Of a stretch of 42,570 nt of DNA, positions 16,621-25,656 are shown one piece after another. The notes under the pieces are model-generated. The model saw only the letters and a program-made list of their open reading frames with translations. It was not told where the DNA came from and ran no database searches. The stretch lies in IMG/VR virus record IMGVR_UViG_3300027994_000003, positions 1 to 42,570 of that record, one strand, 5' to 3'. Position numbers and translations under genes: made by a program. The DNA comes from a virus (taxonomy: Duplodnaviria > Caudoviricetes). Positions within the stretch are counted from its first letter, which is position 1. Each line of letters begins with the position of its first letter.

Positions 16621-16865
16621 TCTCCTTCGTCGCGCGACTGCGCTACCGTGGGGGTGGATAGGGCGGCCAAACCAAGCGGCGTGATCGACCAGCGGCGCGG
16701 GTTCTTCAGGACCCGGACAAAGCCGCGTCGGCGCATCGACTGGCGCACCTTGTCGGCTGCGCGATCGGCCAGTCCGAGATTACCGCCCGTCACGACAGCC
16801 TTCAGAAAAGCTCGCTGCGCCTCGCTCAGCACGTCCGGCGTGGCGTCCGATTGCGGGGTCAGCAT
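16617..16865 (-). CDS. Hypothetical (winged-helix-like) protein
   Basis: ITPLG...L C-terminal motif; coupled chain. Confidence 0.5.
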   Translation of the reverse strand: MLTPQSDATPDVLSEAQRAFLKAVVTGGNLGLADRAADKVRQSMRRRGFVRVLKNPRRWSITPLGLAALSTPTVAQSRDEGE

Positions 16866-17314
16866 GGGGCATCCTCCCCCGCAGGAAGAGACGCGGCGGA
16901 TTGGGCGCGCGAACGTAGGGCGGCTGCGGTTAGGGCGCGGGCGGGGGAAGATGCTTGACCAACGCGCGTAAGGGCGGGCTGGTCACCTTGAACTAGACGA
17001 CACACAGAAGCCGTTGCCCGGCCCAGATAATCCGGCCAGAGGTCCTGCCTAACCCAGTAGTCGCCTTCCGGCACCAGCGTCATCGCCGCGTCGAGCGAGG
17101 CAGTGAACCGGGGCACGAGCTGGGCGCCGCCATGGCCCGGATGGATTTCCGCGCCATCGCTGTCGAACTTGCCGTATCCGATCGGCCCCCCTTTCCACTT
17201 CGGCGGGACCTCGAAATAGCCAAGGCAGGCGACCGCGATCAGGCAGTCCAGCTCCCGATCAGCCCCATCCCCCGCCTCGACGCGATCCGCTAGGGCGTCC
17301 GCTTGGTTGGTCAT
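16859..17314 (-). CDS. Hypothetical phage protein
   Basis: ATG 17314; DRELD..IA and PRFTASLDAAMTLVP motifs. Confidence 0.6.
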   Translation of the reverse strand: MTNQADALADRVEAGDGADRELDCLIAVACLGYFEVPPKWKGGPIGYGKFDSDGAEIHPGHGGAQLVPRFTASLDAAMTLVPEGDYWVRQDLWPDYLGRATASVCRLVQGDQPALTRVGQASSPARALTAAALRSRAQSAASLPAGEDAPC

Positions 17315-18102
17315 GCTGCTTCTCCGAAAAGCTGGCCTTGGCTTTGCTGCTGTTCGATCCGCTCGCAGGCCATCGCGAAGTAGGCCGGATCTTTCTCGAT
17401 ACCGATGAACCGGCGCCCCAAAGAAAGAGCGGCACAACCAGTCGTCCCGCTGCCCATGAACGGATCAAGCACGACATCTGCGGAGATAGCCTCCAGAGCG
17501 CGGCGCGGCAGTTCGACCGGGAACGGCGCGGGATGAGGGTTACGATCTGGCGTGATTTGCCAGACATCGCCAGCGCCCGATGCACCGCGTGACTTCAGCC
17601 GAAAAGCCGGATGCGCCAACATCATCAGCCACTCGTGGGTCGGCACAAACGCGGTCGGATTGAAGTTCATCCCGCCCGGCCGCGCCCAGATGATCGTCTG
17701 GCGATGCAGCACGTCTGCCGGCAGCAATTCGGTCGGCTGCCAAACCTTCGGGCCGATCACGCGCGGCTTATGGTTGTAGAACACGACCCCGGCCGGCGCG
17801 GTCAGCCGCCACAGTTCGGCAATAACGCGCTGCTGCCAATGGACGTATTCCGCCCAAGGCATGGCATCGTCGTGCTCGGTGTACCCTCCGCCCTTGTTGC
17901 CGTCACAGCCTTCGCGCCACTTCCCCTTGCCGCCTGACGACTTGCCGGAGCGCCAGTGTCCGAAGTGCTGCCAAGGACGCTCGCCCAGATTGTACGGCGG
18001 CGAGGTCACAACCGCGTCCACTCGGTCGAGTGTAGCCATCACCTCCAGGCAATCGCCCAAGTAGAGGGTCGCGTTGCCGATGCGTTCGACGCGCCCGCTC
18101 AC
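17311..18102 (-). CDS. DNA methyltransferase, N4-C/N6-A beta class (orphan)
   Basis: TSPPY catalytic motif before DPFMGSGTT SAM motif; HPAPFP. Confidence 0.92.
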   Translation of the reverse strand: MSGRVERIGNATLYLGDCLEVMATLDRVDAVVTSPPYNLGERPWQHFGHWRSGKSSGGKGKWREGCDGNKGGGYTEHDDAMPWAEYVHWQQRVIAELWRLTAPAGVVFYNHKPRVIGPKVWQPTELLPADVLHRQTIIWARPGGMNFNPTAFVPTHEWLMMLAHPAFRLKSRGASGAGDVWQITPDRNPHPAPFPVELPRRALEAISADVVLDPFMGSGTTGCAALSLGRRFIGIEKDPAYFAMACERIEQQQSQGQLFGEAA

Positions 18103-18281
18103 CGTCCACCCTCTGCATGAGGGGTGAGGGATGCGATCCTGTGCGCGGCGAACTGCTGTGCAAGCAGTTGAGCGAAATATCCGCCATCCGCCGCCCACTC
18201 GATCTCCAGAGCATAAGCCGCTTTAGCAGCCGCATCGCGATAGGCTTGGGTGACCTCCACCATCTCCGGCCCCGTGCTCAT
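18099..18281 (-). CDS. Hypothetical protein
   Basis: ATGA/GTGA coupled; shares a motif with 14737-15138. Confidence 0.5.
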   Translation of the reverse strand: MSTGPEMVEVTQAYRDAAAKAAYALEIEWAADGGYFAQLLAQQFAAHRIASLTPHAEGGR

Positions 18282-18760
18282 GCGTCGGCTCCGTCGCTTT
18301 GGTCGGTGAGAGCGGGGAGCATCGCCGGCATGTGGCCGATTCGATACGCCTCTGCGATCTGGGGCCGCATCCACTGCCCTACAGATTTACCGTCTGGCAG
18401 CACGATATTCGCCATGAACTCGTCTTCGAAGATTGCGATGCCGCTTTCGACGGCCTCGAGCTTCGCCTTGATAACGAGCGCCAAAGCCCGCCAGCGCTGT
18501 CGGACGGCCTGCTCCCACTCGGCCAATGCGGCATCAGGCGTCCGTGCGCCGCGAGAATGATGGGTGAAGCGTCGCTCTGTTTTCGACGGAAGCGGCAGGA
18601 TGAACTTGATCTGCCGATCCATCATTCGGAAACCAACGACTGCAGCATCGTCTTGCCAGCCGTACAGAAACTGGTTTGCGCCATAGCGGATCAATGTCCG
18701 CTCGATTTCATCGCGCGACCGTGCGCTCCCGACTTCGGTTTTTGCCGCGAACTTGCTCAT
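18278..18760 (-). CDS. Conserved phage hypothetical protein
   Basis: WRALALVIKAKLEAVESGI..FEDEF motif. Confidence 0.7.
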   Translation of the reverse strand: MSKFAAKTEVGSARSRDEIERTLIRYGANQFLYGWQDDAAVVGFRMMDRQIKFILPLPSKTERRFTHHSRGARTPDAALAEWEQAVRQRWRALALVIKAKLEAVESGIAIFEDEFMANIVLPDGKSVGQWMRPQIAEAYRIGHMPAMLPALTDQSDGADA

Positions 18761-18987
18761 GCGCCGGCTCCGGATGCGAGGGCAGCATCAACTTCCGCAA
18801 GCGACGGCTCGCCGCGAGGGTCGCGATACGCTGGTTTATGCACCTTGCAGCGTCGCCCCGGCTCTAGGATCGTCGGCTGACGCTTCGGTTGTTCTGCGAT
18901 GCATCGCGGGCAGGGTCGTCCGAAAGCAGCGCGCATCCGGGCGCGATACTCTTTCAGGTCGCGATACATGTCGATCATGTCGCTCAT
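18757..18987 (-). CDS. Hypothetical Zn-ribbon-like protein
   Basis: CPRC...CKVH; ATGA coupled. Confidence 0.55.
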   Translation of the reverse strand: MSDMIDMYRDLKEYRARMRAAFGRPCPRCIAEQPKRQPTILEPGRRCKVHKPAYRDPRGEPSLAEVDAALASGAGA

Positions 18988-19235
18988 GCGCCGGCTCCCG
19001 TGAGAGTGGCGCGAACGGCGAGGCCAAGAGGGGTGATGCAGTTGCCGCGATCATAAAGCCCCTGTCCCGCCATTTTTCGGAACATGCGGTCTTTGGCGCC
19101 ACCTCCGCGCTGGCTGATACCGATGAACGGCCACGGATTGCCGGCTTCGGTGTGTCGCCCGAGTAGCATTGTGCGCATGCCACGAGTCAGCCGAGCCGCA
19201 ATCGCCGCCGGGTCGGTGGGGGCGACCGCGCTCAT
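18984..19235 (-). CDS. Hypothetical protein
   Basis: ATGA coupled on both sides. Confidence 0.55.
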   Translation of the reverse strand: MSAVAPTDPAAIAARLTRGMRTMLLGRHTEAGNPWPFIGISQRGGGAKDRMFRKMAGQGLYDRGNCITPLGLAVRATLTGAGA

Positions 19236-19600
19236 GACGCTTGCTCCTGGGTGGGGCCTAAGCGGGGGACTTCAACGACGGGCACGCCAGCGGCTTTCGC
19301 CCTGCGCACCATATCCGCCGTTCCGCGACCGCCCGGAAAGGCCACCACAAGATCAGGCCTGCCGTTGACCAGCATCGCTTGATTGCGAATCGGACCGGCA
19401 GCCTTGCCGTCGCGCTTCCACATCGCGTCATACGTCTCGACGCCGCGCTGACGGAGCTTTGCCCAGGTGCGACCGAGATAGTCCGCGCCGGATGCGCCGC
19501 CCTCGATCACCACGCGAACAGGCGGCTCAATATCGTTGAGCGTGCGCTCTACCAGTGCCGCGTCATGAAAGTCGCGACCTCCGCAAACTAGAACTCTCAT
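19232..19600 (-). CDS. DUF2493 / YspA-like SLOG family protein
   Basis: MRVLVCGGRDF, GGASGAD, AAGPIRNQAM and VAFPGGRGT motifs. Confidence 0.85.
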   Translation of the reverse strand: MRVLVCGGRDFHDAALVERTLNDIEPPVRVVIEGGASGADYLGRTWAKLRQRGVETYDAMWKRDGKAAGPIRNQAMLVNGRPDLVVAFPGGRGTADMVRRAKAAGVPVVEVPRLGPTQEQAS

Positions 19601-19644
19601 GCCGCATGCTCCTGTGCCGACCTATGTGCCCGAATGTTCTGCGC

Positions 19645-19659
19645 GAACGGACCCGGAAC
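19645..19659 (-). promoter_or_regulatory. Second LexA box
   Basis: GAAC-GGACCCG-GAAC on +, reading GTTC-N7-GTTC on -, 45 nt upstream of ATG 19600. Confidence 0.5.
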
Positions 19660-19727
19660 ACGGTTATTTCGGCTAGGATTTGTGCGGGTTTGGCTGTTTT
19701 TGGCGGTGTTGCGATGTTCACGGCAAG

Positions 19728-19770
19728 CGGTTTTCAAGACCGTTGCAATCGACCACTCTGCCACTCTTCC
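19728..19770 (-). tRNA. 5' half of tRNA-Ser(UGA) (att identity block, not a full tRNA)
   Basis: GGAAGAGTGGCAGAGTGGTCGATTGCAACGGTCTTGAAAACCG gives acceptor 5' strand, D arm and anticodon arm (TGA); no T arm follows. Confidence 0.85.
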
Positions 19771-19847
19771 AAACCCACGCATTTCTGCGCCTAACGCTAT
19801 CTTATCATACCCACGAACCGTTGCAACTGTGCCGGACTTTGTGCCGA

Positions 19848-20873
19848 CTACTTTTTTACAGCGGCGGCTTGGGCAGGGGTCAGATAGCGTAGATACCACT
19901 CGGTCTGCCCGATCGTGCTGTGTCCGAGCAGCTTCTGCAAGTCGTAGATCGACCCTCCGCTTTCCAGATATCGAATGGCATATTCGTGCCGCAGATCGTG
20001 GAAGCGCATGTGCTGCAGCTTCCTTCCCGATCGCTGTGCCATATTTTGTGCCCTGACCCTGATCTCGCGCCACATCTCCGTGACGCGCCGGTAGGGGCTG
20101 CCGTCCCGCGTCGTGAACAGATAGCCGCCCTTGTGCTCCGGCTGCCGCTCCACGATCGCCAGCGCCTCGCCCGAGATCGGGATCACCCGGAATTCGTGCT
20201 TGGTCTGCCATAGCTGCAGCTTGCCGCCCCGCGCGTCCGATGCCTTCAGCAGCGCCAGCTCGTCCCGCCGCGCGCCCGTCAACAGCGCCAGCCGGCACAG
20301 ATCCCCGAACGTTCCCGGCATGCGATCGAAATACGCTTCGATGTCCTCGGTCGGCGGGCGCACGTAATGCAGCCGCTTCTCCTTGCGCGGCTTCTTGGGC
20401 AGCAGCTTGACGGGGTTGATCTCCGGCCAGCCCTCCAGCTCGCGCACATGATCCGCGATGCCGGAGACGACCGAAAGATAGCGGTTGATCGTCGCTGTTC
20501 CGGATCCGGCCTTGCGCCGTGTCTCCATGAAGCCTTGCAGCGCGGCCTTGTCCACTTGGTCCCAATAATAGGTCCCGAAATGAGCATCGAGCACTTTGAT
20601 CAAGCTGAGGTATCCCGCTTGCGTTTTCGGCTTCCATTCCCCGGCACGAAGCCAGAGAGCGGCAGCATCGCGCCACGTGTGCCGGATCGTGCCGTGATAG
20701 GGAGATTTGCTTTTCAGCCATTCCGCGAGCCTCCGCTCAGCTTCCACTCGATCGCCCGTTTTAAGGGATTGTCGCTGTTCTCTCCGGTTGACGGTGATGC
20801 GTGCGTAATAAACTCCACCGCGGAGGTAGAGGCGATCTGGCGACCCGTTGCCGCTTCGTTTGCGCGTACCCAT
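19848..20873 (-). CDS. int: Tyrosine integrase
   Basis: TGARRDE, FHDLRHEYA, LLGHS and terminal Y (LRY) catalytic motifs. Confidence 0.95.
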   Translation of the reverse strand: MGTRKRSGNGSPDRLYLRGGVYYARITVNRREQRQSLKTGDRVEAERRLAEWLKSKSPYHGTIRHTWRDAAALWLRAGEWKPKTQAGYLSLIKVLDAHFGTYYWDQVDKAALQGFMETRRKAGSGTATINRYLSVVSGIADHVRELEGWPEINPVKLLPKKPRKEKRLHYVRPPTEDIEAYFDRMPGTFGDLCRLALLTGARRDELALLKASDARGGKLQLWQTKHEFRVIPISGEALAIVERQPEHKGGYLFTTRDGSPYRRVTEMWREIRVRAQNMAQRSGRKLQHMRFHDLRHEYAIRYLESGGSIYDLQKLLGHSTIGQTEWYLRYLTPAQAAAVKK

Positions 20874-21025
20874 GCCCGCAGTCTCGTCCTGTCATATGTC
20901 CAGCGCCGGCCGAGCTTGGCCGCGCCCCAAATCTCTCCGCGCGCACTTAGGCTCTGCAGCGTGCGCTCCGGCAAGCCCGTTATCATATGGGCTTCCTCGA
21001 TCATGCAACGCTCAGGCTGTGTCAC
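20714..21025 (-). CDS. xis: Excisionase-like HTH protein
   Basis: HTH_17-like EEAHMITGLPERTL...KLGRRW; upstream of and overlapping int. Confidence 0.7.
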   Translation of the reverse strand: MTQPERCMIEEAHMITGLPERTLQSLSARGEIWGAAKLGRRWTYDRTRLRAWVRANEAATGRQIASTSAVEFITHASPSTGENSDNPLKRAIEWKLSGGSRNG

Positions 21026-21399
21026 CGCGCGCACCTCCCCAACCGATACCGCACCACATACCTCCGCCACTCCACCGCCGCGCCGCTCGCCTCCACAGCA
21101 CAGCGGAGGTCGTGCCCATCGGGGAGGGTGCAGACCGCGACAACGCGCTTGTGCGAGCGATCAACCGGGCGGCAGGTGAGCGTGCGACGGAACACGATGC
21201 GCTTGGTGATCTCGCGCGCCTTGGCAGCCAGCACGTCGTTGCAGACGTAGCCCGGACGATGCGCACGACACGGCGGCGCGTTCTCGAAGTCGGGAGCCTG
21301 CACGCCAGCGATACGGACCTTGATGCCGTTGTCGCACCACAGGGGGCCGTCTCCGTCGTGAACGTGGATTACCAGGCAGAGGAAAGGGGCTAGGATCAT
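21022..21399 (-). CDS. Thermonuclease (SNase-like) family protein
   Basis: HDGDG, KVRIAGVQAP and DRSHKRVVAVC motifs. Confidence 0.8.
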   Translation of the reverse strand: MILAPFLCLVIHVHDGDGPLWCDNGIKVRIAGVQAPDFENAPPCRAHRPGYVCNDVLAAKAREITKRIVFRRTLTCRPVDRSHKRVVAVCTLPDGHDLRCAVEASGAAVEWRRYVVRYRLGRCAR

Positions 21400-21620
21400 G
21401 CTGTCAGCCTAGATGCCAGCACCCGGCGCTCCATATCGCGCTCAGCGGCGACGGACGGATGCTCGACAACCCGCCGCCCATCGGGCCAATGGCAGACGGA
21501 CAGTACGTCTCCTTCACGGATTGGCGGCAATCGACGAAGCGGGAACACCGGCTCACCGGTTATCGGATCCACGCGCGGGCCGATGAAGCGCTTGCCGCTG
21601 GTGTGATGGGTTGGGATCAT
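21396..21620 (-). CDS. Hypothetical protein
   Basis: ATGA-coupled chain. Confidence 0.5.
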   Translation of the reverse strand: MIPTHHTSGKRFIGPRVDPITGEPVFPLRRLPPIREGDVLSVCHWPDGRRVVEHPSVAAERDMERRVLASRLTA

Positions 21621-22087
21621 GCTGGCACCTGTTCGGGCACGGCGTCCTCGAAGTTGAGGTACACGCCTCCGCCCTTAGCGAACCTCTCCTTTTCGGCATC
21701 CGGCACGTAGAGGTAGACCGCCTCGTCCATGCGGATTTCAGATATCGTGCCGTCGCCAAAGCGGTGGCTGATCCGATCGCCAACTTTGAGCTCGGGAGCA
21801 GGCTTGGTTTCCGCTGCCCATGCCTTCACAGCATCACGATGTGCCGACCAAATATAGGACGAAGCGCTGTCGAGTATTCTGACCAGTTCGGCGTCGATCC
21901 CGGACACGTGGTGATAGCGGTCTAGCTCGTTCGCCACCTCATAACCGTTGGCGCCCAAGTAGCACTTGCCGAGCATGGCGCTCCATTTGTCCACCGTAAT
22001 GCCCGAATCCCAATCGGCGCAGTCCTTCGCCAGCGCGGCGATAGCGGCTGCTTTGACATCGGGTGAATTGCGTGTTGGTCGTTCCAT
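21617..22087 (-). CDS. Hypothetical protein
   Basis: RBS AAGGA; 156 aa. Confidence 0.65.
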   Translation of the reverse strand: MERPTRNSPDVKAAAIAALAKDCADWDSGITVDKWSAMLGKCYLGANGYEVANELDRYHHVSGIDAELVRILDSASSYIWSAHRDAVKAWAAETKPAPELKVGDRISHRFGDGTISEIRMDEAVYLYVPDAEKERFAKGGGVYLNFEDAVPEQVPA

Positions 22088-22159
22088 CTCAAATTCCTTT
22101 TGCGGGGCCGGACACTCGAAGGGGTCCGGCCCCGTCTCCCGACCGGTGGGTCGGTATTT

Positions 22160-23038
22160 CTAGGCTGCGGCAATCACTTCGTCGGTGATGCGCTCGCTGC
22201 CGTCGAACTGGTCGCCGTGTTGCTCGTCGGAACGGCCTTCGGGTTCGAAACCGTCGCCAGCATCAGCACCGATCTGCTGCTCGAGCGCATCGAGGCGGGA
22301 CAGCGGCTGCGGCTGCGGTTCACGATCGCCGATCATAATTGCGGCCGCATTATCGGAAACCCTGATCATATCGTCGCGATCAAGCGCGGCCGCGATCTGC
22401 TCGACATCGGTGGAGGCCGGCAGATGCTTAGTGTGGTGCTTGATCACGGTCTTGACCGCGCCTTCCTCGTAGAACGTGGTCCACTGCAGACTGTTGGGCT
22501 GGCGGCTCACCTTTCGGCGCTTCTCAATGTCGGAAAGAGTCATCACGTCACGCGAGACGCTGCCGTCGCGCAGCTTCACGATCGAATAAGCCGCGATCAC
22601 GTCACCTTGCTCACCCATCGCGGGCTTGTGGATGATCCGCTCGTCGTCACCCAGCACGTATTCGAAATCGTCGTTAGCGTGTACGGCGTGGGCAGACCAA
22701 GACGAGATTTCGCCCGACTGCCGAGCCTTCTTCATCAGCCCGGCGACCATCGGCATATATTGCGCCTGACCCTTGAAGATCGCGATCGCCGCATCGCGCC
22801 CGTCCGGTAGCAGACCATCCTGGGCGCACTTCATCAGCGAGGCGAACAACGAGGCGCGATCGCAGGTCAGCAGGTCTTGGTTCGTCTGCACGGCGGTGAT
22901 CGCCACGCGCTGAAACTTCTCAACCGAGATATGAGACGGCAGCGCCATCTTGATCTGTCCGGCCATCTTGTCCAGCGTCTGCCGCAGGGCGGTGGTTTCC
23001 TGCTGGCGCTGCTGCTGCACGGTTAGTTGGGTCGCCAT
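22160..23038 (-). CDS. recT: RecT-family single-strand annealing protein
   Basis: AQDGLLPDG, AQYMPMVAGL and KTVIK motifs; downstream of the exonuclease. Confidence 0.9.
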   Translation of the reverse strand: MATQLTVQQQRQQETTALRQTLDKMAGQIKMALPSHISVEKFQRVAITAVQTNQDLLTCDRASLFASLMKCAQDGLLPDGRDAAIAIFKGQAQYMPMVAGLMKKARQSGEISSWSAHAVHANDDFEYVLGDDERIIHKPAMGEQGDVIAAYSIVKLRDGSVSRDVMTLSDIEKRRKVSRQPNSLQWTTFYEEGAVKTVIKHHTKHLPASTDVEQIAAALDRDDMIRVSDNAAAIMIGDREPQPQPLSRLDALEQQIGADAGDGFEPEGRSDEQHGDQFDGSERITDEVIAAA

Positions 23039-23379
23039 TATGCTGCCTTTCTGTATTGATGAGAGAAGCCGGAGACGTGCCGCCCTTTGGCGAGCATATC
23101 GGCTGTGTTGATGGCCGGCGTCCCGGCGAACAGGTGGCGCGGGTTCACGCAGCTTGGGTTGTCGCAACGGTGACAAATCACCCAATGCCGCGGGAAATCT
23201 GCGACCAAGAACTCGTATGACAGGCGGTGGGCGCGTTCGAGCCGATCACCGAACCAGAGGTCGCCGTAACCCTTTTCGTTCACGGTGCCGATCCAGAGCC
23301 AACATCCACTATTCGGCTCTGGTGAAACTTTGTCCCAAAATCTCGTCGGGAGGCGCTCGTCGCCAAAATGTACGATCAT
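23038..23379 (-). CDS. HNH endonuclease inserted between exonuclease and recT
   Basis: GCWLW.G, AHRLSY and [14 protein letters not shown] motifs. Confidence 0.9.
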   Translation of the reverse strand: MIVHFGDERLPTRFWDKVSPEPNSGCWLWIGTVNEKGYGDLWFGDRLERAHRLSYEFLVADFPRHWVICHRCDNPSCVNPRHLFAGTPAINTADMLAKGRHVSGFSHQYRKAA

Positions 23380-24320
23380 TGACCGGTTTCCTTTAGATCG
23401 AACCTTCGATAGCCGCGCCGCGCGCCGATGGTGGTGCCGACGTGTTCGGCGGTGATCAGGGTGCCGCTCGAGCCTTTGGTGACGCCGCAACCGATGCGGT
23501 ATCCGTCCAGCATGGCGACGCTGGCGGTGCCGAGCTTTTCCAGCAGTTCCGCTTTTGCGGCATCGGCATCGGTTGCCGCCGCCTTCTCGCGCGCCTTCGC
23601 GTTCAGGTATTCGGCGGCAAGCAAGCCAGCGCGATTATCGCGCGACAGATCGACCACTTCGTCCGTCACATCGCCATAGAGCGCTGCGATCGCATCGCCG
23701 TCGCGCGCGTAATCCGGCTTGGGCGGGGTGCCGCTGCGGACGGTTTCCCAGAATGCCGCGGCCCGCTTCTCGATCTCGGCAAACAGCGTCGGCCGGAAAT
23801 CGTAGCAATGACGCTCGAGCTTGTTCCCCCCGACGAGCACAACGACATCGCCCCATGCGACGCCGTCAAGGCCCTGGCACGTCATGTTCTGCAGAAGGTA
23901 ATCCGCCGGCGGTTCGTCGCCCCATTTCTTGCGCTCGAGCCAATCCACCATCTTGACTTCGATGATACCGGGTCCGCGCTCGGGACAGGTGACGCGCCGA
24001 TCGGGATGCCCGCCGAGACCTTTGCCATTGGTCAGGTGCGGCACCTGCTCGCGATCGACATAGCCGTAGCGCAGCTTGGCCGCTTCGATGATGGCCGGCT
24101 CGAGTGCGACACCCCAAAAGATGCGCTCGTTTTCAGGCACGCCGTTCTCATCAACCGCGTTGAATTCGGGAGTACCGATCGTGCCGTTCTTGCGGTGCCA
24201 CAGCTCGAATAGCGTGCACCAGCGAGACAGGCCGAACAGGGCGGCGACTTCGGACGCGCCGACCACCGACTTGCGGAAAGCATCGTCGCCATCGCCTGCG
24301 ATCTTGAGCGAGACCGTCAC
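23376..24320 (-). CDS. YqaJ-like viral recombinase exonuclease
   Basis: [18 protein letters not shown] and IIEVK motifs. Confidence 0.88.
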   Translation of the reverse strand: MTVSLKIAGDGDDAFRKSVVGASEVAALFGLSRWCTLFELWHRKNGTIGTPEFNAVDENGVPENERIFWGVALEPAIIEAAKLRYGYVDREQVPHLTNGKGLGGHPDRRVTCPERGPGIIEVKMVDWLERKKWGDEPPADYLLQNMTCQGLDGVAWGDVVVLVGGNKLERHCYDFRPTLFAEIEKRAAAFWETVRSGTPPKPDYARDGDAIAALYGDVTDEVVDLSRDNRAGLLAAEYLNAKAREKAAATDADAAKAELLEKLGTASVAMLDGYRIGCGVTKGSSGTLITAEHVGTTIGARRGYRRFDLKETGQ

Positions 24321-24466
24321 AGCCCCCACCCCAAAAACGCCCCAACGGTGTGCGCAACACCACACACCGCGCATACGATGGCAGACGGCAGCAGGAAGCA
24401 CACAGCGAGCGTGAGGAACTTCAGCACTTCCTGCGTTACCGCCACCTTCTCGGTCAAATCAGTCAT
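24317..24466 (-). CDS. 49-aa hydrophobic peptide
   Basis: [49 protein letters not shown]; GTGA-coupled to the exonuclease. Confidence 0.5.
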   Translation of the reverse strand: MTDLTEKVAVTQEVLKFLTLAVCFLLPSAIVCAVCGVAHTVGAFLGWGL

Positions 24467-24812
24467 GGGAGGGATCCTTGGTGGCGAGAGGAAACCAGCG
24501 GTGCAAAGCTACCGCCATGGTCGCGATCTTGATTTCGTGGGACGGCGCGAAAGAGCGCAGCAAGGCGGACGTCGTATCGCGCACCTCCTCAGGCGTTGCG
24601 TCGACAGCGAACTCGCGACCCGACATTCCGAACTGGTCCTCGCCAAGATGACCCACGCCGAAAAGCATGTCCGCCATGGCGGTTTCCTCAGGTAACGCCG
24701 CACAAATAGCGCGTGCGGCGTCCTTGCTGACGTCAAGGTAACGGCTCTGTTGCGCGCCAAAAACGGCTTCAGGTTTTTCCACATTGAAGAAGGGGTATCC
24801 GGGAATTTCCAT
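24459..24812 (-). CDS. Hypothetical protein
   Basis: TGATG-coupled chain. Confidence 0.6.
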   Translation of the reverse strand: MEIPGYPFFNVEKPEAVFGAQQSRYLDVSKDAARAICAALPEETAMADMLFGVGHLGEDQFGMSGREFAVDATPEEVRDTTSALLRSFAPSHEIKIATMAVALHRWFPLATKDPSHD

Positions 24813-25273
24813 CACGCCGCCGCCCTCTCGCAAGCATCGACATACGCCCGCTCGTCGGCGGTCAGATCGCGCTCAACCCGCAGGATCGACAGCAACCGCG
24901 CGTCAGGCTCCAAGGCCCGCACAGCGACCGCGGGAACGTCCGTCATCGCCGCGTGGTCGATCGCCTCGGCAACCGTCCGCTGGTAGGGCGTGCCGTCGCG
25001 TTGGCCGGGCTTGTGGTTCGCCTGCAACCACTCCCAGCGCAGGTCCTCCAGAGCATCGGCGATCGGGCCTTCGTACTCGCGCCATTCGTCGCGGGTGACG
25101 GCATAGGTGGCCGTGCGGATCGTCGGGCGAAGGTCGGACGCAATCGCCTGAATGATCAGGGTGCGCGCTTCAGGGGTTTCGTCCCAACGATCGGCGACAG
25201 CCCCAACAAGCTCGTCGGCAATGGCTGCCAGCGCGTGCGGGTCGGCGGGGGTGATCGGTGCAAACGCGTTCAC
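24812..25273 (-). CDS. Hypothetical protein
   Basis: GTGA-coupled chain. Confidence 0.6.
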   Translation of the reverse strand: MNAFAPITPADPHALAAIADELVGAVADRWDETPEARTLIIQAIASDLRPTIRTATYAVTRDEWREYEGPIADALEDLRWEWLQANHKPGQRDGTPYQRTVAEAIDHAAMTDVPAVAVRALEPDARLLSILRVERDLTADERAYVDACERAAA

Positions 25274-25656
25274 GATTGCACCGCGGGGGCGCGCAGGAGT
25301 ATCGCCTGTTCGTATGCAGCGGCCAGTAGGCGCAAGTCGCCAATCGTGGGCGATTGCGGTGCACCGGGACCGCCAAGCCCTGTTGCCGTCGAAGCCAGTG
25401 CGTACCCATGCGACGAATCAGCATCATGGAAAAAATTCGTGCTTCCTTCGAAACGCGGGCGACCGCCATCGTAATGTGATGCCGCGGCGGCGAACTTGGC
25501 CACGAACGGCGCGATAAGGTCGAAGGCCTCTTCCGCGCGTTGCCGCAGTTCACGATCGCGCTCGGCCTGCCGGTAGAGGTTAAGTTGCGCATCGCTCGCC
25601 GCAACCGGACACTCGCCCCCGTCGTGCGGGGTCCAGGGGGTGGGGGAGGCGGTCAT
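25270..25656 (-). CDS. Hypothetical protein
   Basis: ATG 25656; WTPHDGGECPV motif. Confidence 0.55.
   Translation of the reverse strand: MTASPTPWTPHDGGECPVAASDAQLNLYRQAERDRELRQRAEEAFDLIAPFVAKFAAAASHYDGGRPRFEGSTNFFHDADSSHGYALASTATGLGGPGAPQSPTIGDLRLLAAAYEQAILLRAPAVQS

Larger units (their letters stand above)
19613..19848. mobile_element. attP region with paired integrase arm-type repeats (TGTGCC core) either side of the tRNA core
   Basis: Repeats at 19613, 19625, 19828 and 19840; tRNA fragment between them; immediately 3' of int. Confidence 0.75.

Noticed and set aside
17311-18102. Restriction-modification system
   Set aside because: No adjacent restriction endonuclease; orphan methyltransferases are common in temperate phages
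19728-19770. Functional phage-encoded tRNA-Ser
   Set aside because: No T arm or 3' acceptor strand follows the anticodon arm
19848-19870. Integration-dependent immunity (attP inside the repressor or int)
   Set aside because: int ends before the att core and cI lies about 7 kb away with a conventional switch
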